Source of the DNA: a virus
Taxonomy: Duplodnaviria > Caudoviricetes
Direction: 5' to 3' (one strand)
DNA length: 60,992 bases
IMG/VR virus record: IMGVR_UViG_3300022602_000006
Span: 1-60,992 of that record
Positions 57,249 to 60,992 of the stretch are shown piece after piece. A program made the position numbers and the translations under genes. Below the pieces are notes generated by a model that was not told the DNA's origin, ran no database searches, and saw only the letters and a program-made list of their open reading frames with translations. Every line of letters starts with the position of its first letter. Positions within the stretch are counted from its first letter, which is position 1.

Positions 57249-57899
57249 TTACGCCTTCCTGAATTCGCAAGTGTTTACCGGACACCACCGACACAACGGA
57301 CTCGATTGTGGGGGCCAGCTATTGTGTTTAAAAGACATTTCCAAACGCATCAGATCGGGAGCAAACTCCTGCCAATACTTCTCGGACTTGTCTCGTAAAT
57401 AATCGTCGGGTAAGAAGCTGGTGTGAACTACAAACAGCAGACCACCTTTGACCAGATTGACATCTGGGAAATGTGCGAAGGTCAGTAGCGCCATCAGCTT
57501 CAACTGTTTTGGATCAGGGTACTTGTTCGATCCGGTTTTGTAATCAACCACGAACGCCGTATCACCATCTACAATCATCAAGTCAACAATGCCACGCACC
57601 CAATAGTCTGGTGCGTCGAAATCGCACGGGGTTTTGTCAGCCCGTAGAGCCATCTTGTGTTCGATGTATTTGTCGCCCGGAATCTCCAACAGAACATCAA
57701 CAATAGATTTGAATTGTTTATGATGTACCGGAAGTTCTTTATTGTCCCGAGCATACTCCTCCAATGACTTGTGTACATCAGTCCCATAGGCCATCTGGTG
57801 TGAGACTTTCGTTTGGAAATTCCCAAGCACCTTGACCTCGTTGAACTGTCTTGGGCAGTTGAGGTACTGCTTCAAGCCACTGAATGACCACTTGATCAT
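57249..57899 (-). CDS. PD-(D/E)xK exonuclease (Cas4/RecB-like)
   Basis: WSFS...CP, RGIVD, DYKTG, QL.L.A, C.WC...C. Confidence 0.9.
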   Translation of the reverse strand: MIKWSFSGLKQYLNCPRQFNEVKVLGNFQTKVSHQMAYGTDVHKSLEEYARDNKELPVHHKQFKSIVDVLLEIPGDKYIEHKMALRADKTPCDFDAPDYWVRGIVDLMIVDGDTAFVVDYKTGSNKYPDPKQLKLMALLTFAHFPDVNLVKGGLLFVVHTSFLPDDYLRDKSEKYWQEFAPDLMRLEMSFKHNSWPPQSSPLCRWCPVNTCEFRKA

Positions 57900-58261
57900 G
57901 CGTCGTACATCTTGTCACTGCGGAGAATCGTATTCAGTTTCTTCATCGCTTCTTCTGGCGTCATGCTGTCTTCGACTTCTAATGGCTTAGCAGCGATCTG
58001 ATCGTACAGACCTACAACCGAACCACGCCAGTAACACGGCTCGCACTCGTCTTTACCTTCGCAATCTTTGAGCGGAGCCTTGGACATCAGAAGCATGGAC
58101 TCATGCACAGCCATCCTCATCTCTGCTGCTGATGCTGCGAACTGTTGTGCCATGTCCAGCATCTCGGTGAGCATGGTGATGATAAACTTCCTAGTCTCTT
58201 CTTTGTTCATGGAGTCGAGCTTCTTATCCAACTCATCAGTTTTTATTTTAGACACTAGCAA
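57896..58261 (-). CDS. Hypothetical protein
   Basis: ORF track. Confidence 0.6.
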   Translation of the reverse strand: MLVSKIKTDELDKKLDSMNKEETRKFIITMLTEMLDMAQQFAASAAEMRMAVHESMLLMSKAPLKDCEGKDECEPCYWRGSVVGLYDQIAAKPLEVEDSMTPEEAMKKLNTILRSDKMYDA

Positions 58262-60132
58262 TCTCCATAACTAAAGCCGTATTTGGCCTCACAAGCCACA
58301 GGCAAATCACTACACCACTTAGGTGCAGTAGACATAGTTTCCGTTACAAATGCAAGGGCTTCTTCGATTTCTTTTTCGCTAACAACAAGCACCGCAGCAT
58401 CGTGCACCGTCAGGGCTACACGATAGCGTTCTTTCAGCTTGAGCATCTGTTCGCCTATGATAATTCTAGCCAACGCTTGCACTACGTTCTCAACGACTGA
58501 ACCACCCCAGATACTTACCTTACCCTTGCGGGATTGATAAACTTTATAGGACTTTGCTTCGCGGTTTTCTTCGGCGGTTTTAGTTTCTGTATTCAAACCG
58601 GGGTAGCGTATGTATAGGTCATTAGGTAAACGTATTCCTGTTTTATCCACAATGACTGATGAGTTCCCGAACTCATAGCTTTCACGTCCGTCTGTCGGCC
58701 AGCCGCATAAGTTAGCCAGCAATTTATCCCCTTCGTACCAAAGGTCAGGGATCTTAGTGTTGGTTTTTCTATAAGTTTTTACTATCTCTTCAGCCTTGCC
58801 TTCTTCCAACTCAACACGCATTGCACTTGTCTTGAGAGTTAGTTCTAACTTTTTGGCTCCAGTGCCGTAACCCAAACCAAGTATGCAAGTCTTGCCAACG
58901 AACCGTTCCAACTCGTTGGCTTTGGTGATCTTGCGTTTGTATACCTTGGTAGCAAACTCTGAATAGACATCTCTCTTTTCTCGGAACGCTTTGACTAGAT
59001 CTGTCTCGCCAGCCAGCCACGCAAGCACGCGTGCTTCGATCTGGCTTGAGTCGCAGTTGATTATCAAATGCCCCGGTGGAGCCACTAGCGCGTTCTTAAG
59101 AGTCTTCTTGGTCTTGTCACGGCTAGGCAGGTTCTGAAGATTTATACCTTCGGTGCCAGACCATCGGCCAGTATGTGCGCCGTAGTATTTTAACGGGATA
59201 GGTAGTTTCCCACGGTTACGCTCTCCAACATCAAGGAACCGTTCTATACGTGATTCTTCGATTGTAGACTTTGTGCCAAGCCTAACTCTGCACAACTCCT
59301 GTACAAATTCATCTGGGTGTTCCTTCAATGCAAGGAACCCTTCGTCTGTCTTGGAGAACGCGTAGGTCTCCTTACCCGTCGCAGGGCTTATCTTGAGCGG
59401 CGGTGATACACCTAAACTGTTTAGGATGTTTGCGAACTTGTTATTGCTGGACAACAACTCGCTGACTTCTTTTTCAGTAGAGACATTCAAACCTGCCATC
59501 AGACCACGTAGAAGATTCTCTTTGTCAGTACGAACTTCTTCAAGCCTTGCTATCAACAGACTATCGTTCAGTTCAAAGACTGGATCCGTATACATACGGA
59601 TGGTCAGGTCAATCAGTTTCAATTCGTTGTTAGGGAACGGCTGAAGTTTGTAAAACAACTTGTAGGTAAGCTCAACATCGTTACAGCAGTACTCGCCATA
59701 ACGAACAAGATCAGCAGGACTAAAATCACTTCTACGTTTGCCCATAGCTTCGATGACTTCATTGCCTTTCGCTCCTATGTTGTATCGTTCAGCCAATACC
59801 TTGAGCGAACCACCCGCGTCAACACCATGAATGGCTCGTGCCATACATAATGTATCCACATACATAGCTGGGAAAATCCCGTAGCGCCACGCAAGGATCG
59901 CGCCGTCGAACATCATGTTGTGACAAATCAGTATGGTGTCTTCCCAGTCAATACTGTTTAAAGCAACCGATATATCTTCCCCACTAAACCATCTAGAGGG
60001 TTCATCATCTTCTTTGATACCTACGCCAATGACTTCAAACCTTGGATCGTTGATGTACTCCTCGGTTGTCATCTTCGACAGGGAATAATCCTTGTCGTAG
60101 TAAGTTTCAAAGTCTATGGTGATGATGCTCAT
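58255..60132 (-). CDS. polA: Family A DNA polymerase with 3'-5' exonuclease
   Basis: DFETY, HN..FD, TGRWSG, DSSQIEAR, KTCILGLGYG, VHD; start refined to 60132. Confidence 0.95.
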   Translation of the reverse strand: MSIITIDFETYYDKDYSLSKMTTEEYINDPRFEVIGVGIKEDDEPSRWFSGEDISVALNSIDWEDTILICHNMMFDGAILAWRYGIFPAMYVDTLCMARAIHGVDAGGSLKVLAERYNIGAKGNEVIEAMGKRRSDFSPADLVRYGEYCCNDVELTYKLFYKLQPFPNNELKLIDLTIRMYTDPVFELNDSLLIARLEEVRTDKENLLRGLMAGLNVSTEKEVSELLSSNNKFANILNSLGVSPPLKISPATGKETYAFSKTDEGFLALKEHPDEFVQELCRVRLGTKSTIEESRIERFLDVGERNRGKLPIPLKYYGAHTGRWSGTEGINLQNLPSRDKTKKTLKNALVAPPGHLIINCDSSQIEARVLAWLAGETDLVKAFREKRDVYSEFATKVYKRKITKANELERFVGKTCILGLGYGTGAKKLELTLKTSAMRVELEEGKAEEIVKTYRKTNTKIPDLWYEGDKLLANLCGWPTDGRESYEFGNSSVIVDKTGIRLPNDLYIRYPGLNTETKTAEENREAKSYKVYQSRKGKVSIWGGSVVENVVQALARIIIGEQMLKLKERYRVALTVHDAAVLVVSEKEIEEALAFVTETMSTAPKWCSDLPVACEAKYGFSYGDC

Positions 60133-60308
60133 TGCTTCTCCTTCGGCAGCATCAGATAACACACAGGGACTTCAGCGAGGCTGAATCCTTTCTTGATTCC
60201 TTTCTTGATGTAGACAGTCGCTACCTCAACATCCTCTTGATGATTAGCAACCTCAAGCGCCTCGCCTTTGGTCTGGTATGCAAACAATACTATCTCTGGA
60301 ATCTTCAC
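60129..60308 (-). CDS. 59-aa hypothetical protein with IKKG-IKKG duplication
   Basis: Manually translated; GTGA and ATGA overlaps at both ends. Confidence 0.55.
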   Translation of the reverse strand: MKIPEIVLFAYQTKGEALEVANHQEDVEVATVYIKKGIKKGFSLAEVPVCYLMLPKEKQ

Positions 60309-60496
60309 GGCTTCTCCCCCCGTGCGCGGATGGCGTCGATTGCATCAGACAGCGCGCCACGCTGTTCGCCTGTGCAGATCAGTTTCCATGTTTCACTGCC
60401 TACCGTTTGCGGGCTACCGCCTGACCTTGGGTAAGGAACGAAGCTGTGATCTAGCGCGCTCAACCTCTCCACCAACTCTCGCGTCTTTTCATCCAC
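60305..60496 (-). CDS. Small hypothetical protein ending AIRARGE
   Basis: ORF track. Confidence 0.6.
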   Translation of the reverse strand: MDEKTRELVERLSALDHSFVPYPRSGGSPQTVGSETWKLICTGEQRGALSDAIDAIRARGEKP

Positions 60497-60560
60497 GGGG
60501 CACCTCGTTGTTAAGCGCGCGGATGGCTGACAAAACTTCTCGAATTCGTTCGTTCATACC

Positions 60561-60746
60561 TTATCCCCTTTGTGGTTCTTGACAATATTTTTCATCCAAC
60601 TGGTTAATGTTGGTAAATCCCAGTCTCAACCAAAGTCGTTCTTGCATAGTCAACCAATGTGGTGTTCCATCACGGCAAACCAACAATGGTCCATCAATGT
60701 GATTCCATTTGATATGTGGTTTGCTATCTGCTGGATATCCAATCAT
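60561..60746 (-). CDS. Small hypothetical protein
   Basis: ORF track; GGAG RBS. Confidence 0.65.
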   Translation of the reverse strand: MIGYPADSKPHIKWNHIDGPLLVCRDGTPHWLTMQERLWLRLGFTNINQLDEKYCQEPQRG

Positions 60747-60992
60747 CGTTCAACTCCTTCAATAGGAACAACCACAGTCTTGAATTTTTTGGAGCACTCA
60801 TGGCATAACACTGCCCAATCACCAAGATAGTCAAGTCTTAGTCCGTATTTTTCGTTTAGATCGCTATGTTGCGTAAAATTCTCATCGTCCTGAGTGTATT
60901 GATTTTCACCGCAGTTCTTAAATGGTGGAACATCACTCCATTCGGATTTGCCTTGATTGTAATTAAGATTAACGTCGTAGAAGACTTTTTGA
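60743..60992 (-). CDS. 3' part of junction-spanning CxxC protein (...LDYLGDWAVLCHECSKKF...)
   Basis: Continues the frame from 161; ATGA overlap with next gene. Confidence 0.8.
   Translation of the reverse strand, partial: QKVFYDVNLNYNQGKSEWSDVPPFKNCGENQYTQDDENFTQHSDLNEKYGLRLDYLGDWAVLCHECSKKFKTVVVPIEGVER
60891..60992. repeat. Terminal direct repeat, copy 2
   Basis: Identical to 1-102. Confidence 0.97.

Noticed and set aside
1-60992. tRNA genes, integrase/att site, alternative genetic code
   Set aside because: No cloverleaf or recombinase motifs seen; core genes are intact in code 11 with all three stop codons used

Overview
The window is an apparently complete, circular-assembled genome of a tailed dsDNA phage. 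Bases 1-102 equal 60891-60992, giving a unit length of about 60,890 bp, and an ORF reads through the join. It looks podovirus-like and probably infects a Gram-negative host. The minus-strand arm (50.4-61 kb continuing into 0-7.5 kb) carries early and replication genes: primase-helicase, SNF2 helicase, PD-(D/E)xK exonuclease, family A DNA polymerase, VRR-NUC, a MoxR-type AAA+/VWA-metallopeptidase module and many small ORFs. The plus-strand arm (10-50.4 kb) carries terminase, portal, GroES, scaffold, capsid, adaptors, three fibres, lysis genes, nozzle and ejection proteins. No integrase, RNA polymerase, reverse transcriptase, tRNA or CRISPR array was seen. The main unexplained signals are: (1) a short [FYMH]-x-x-G-G tag repeated about 28 times across 8 late proteins, separating low-complexity or His-rich segments and capping an inserted HExxH gene, suggesting a virion cargo-targeting/proteolytic processing system; (2) a 2.5 kb control region with a mirror-symmetric 14-copy iteron array, strand-biased GAA-loop hairpins and an isolated orphan gene plus a 23-aa membrane peptide; (3) two structured intergenic RNA candidates. 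All functional calls come from motif recognition by eye, not from database searches.
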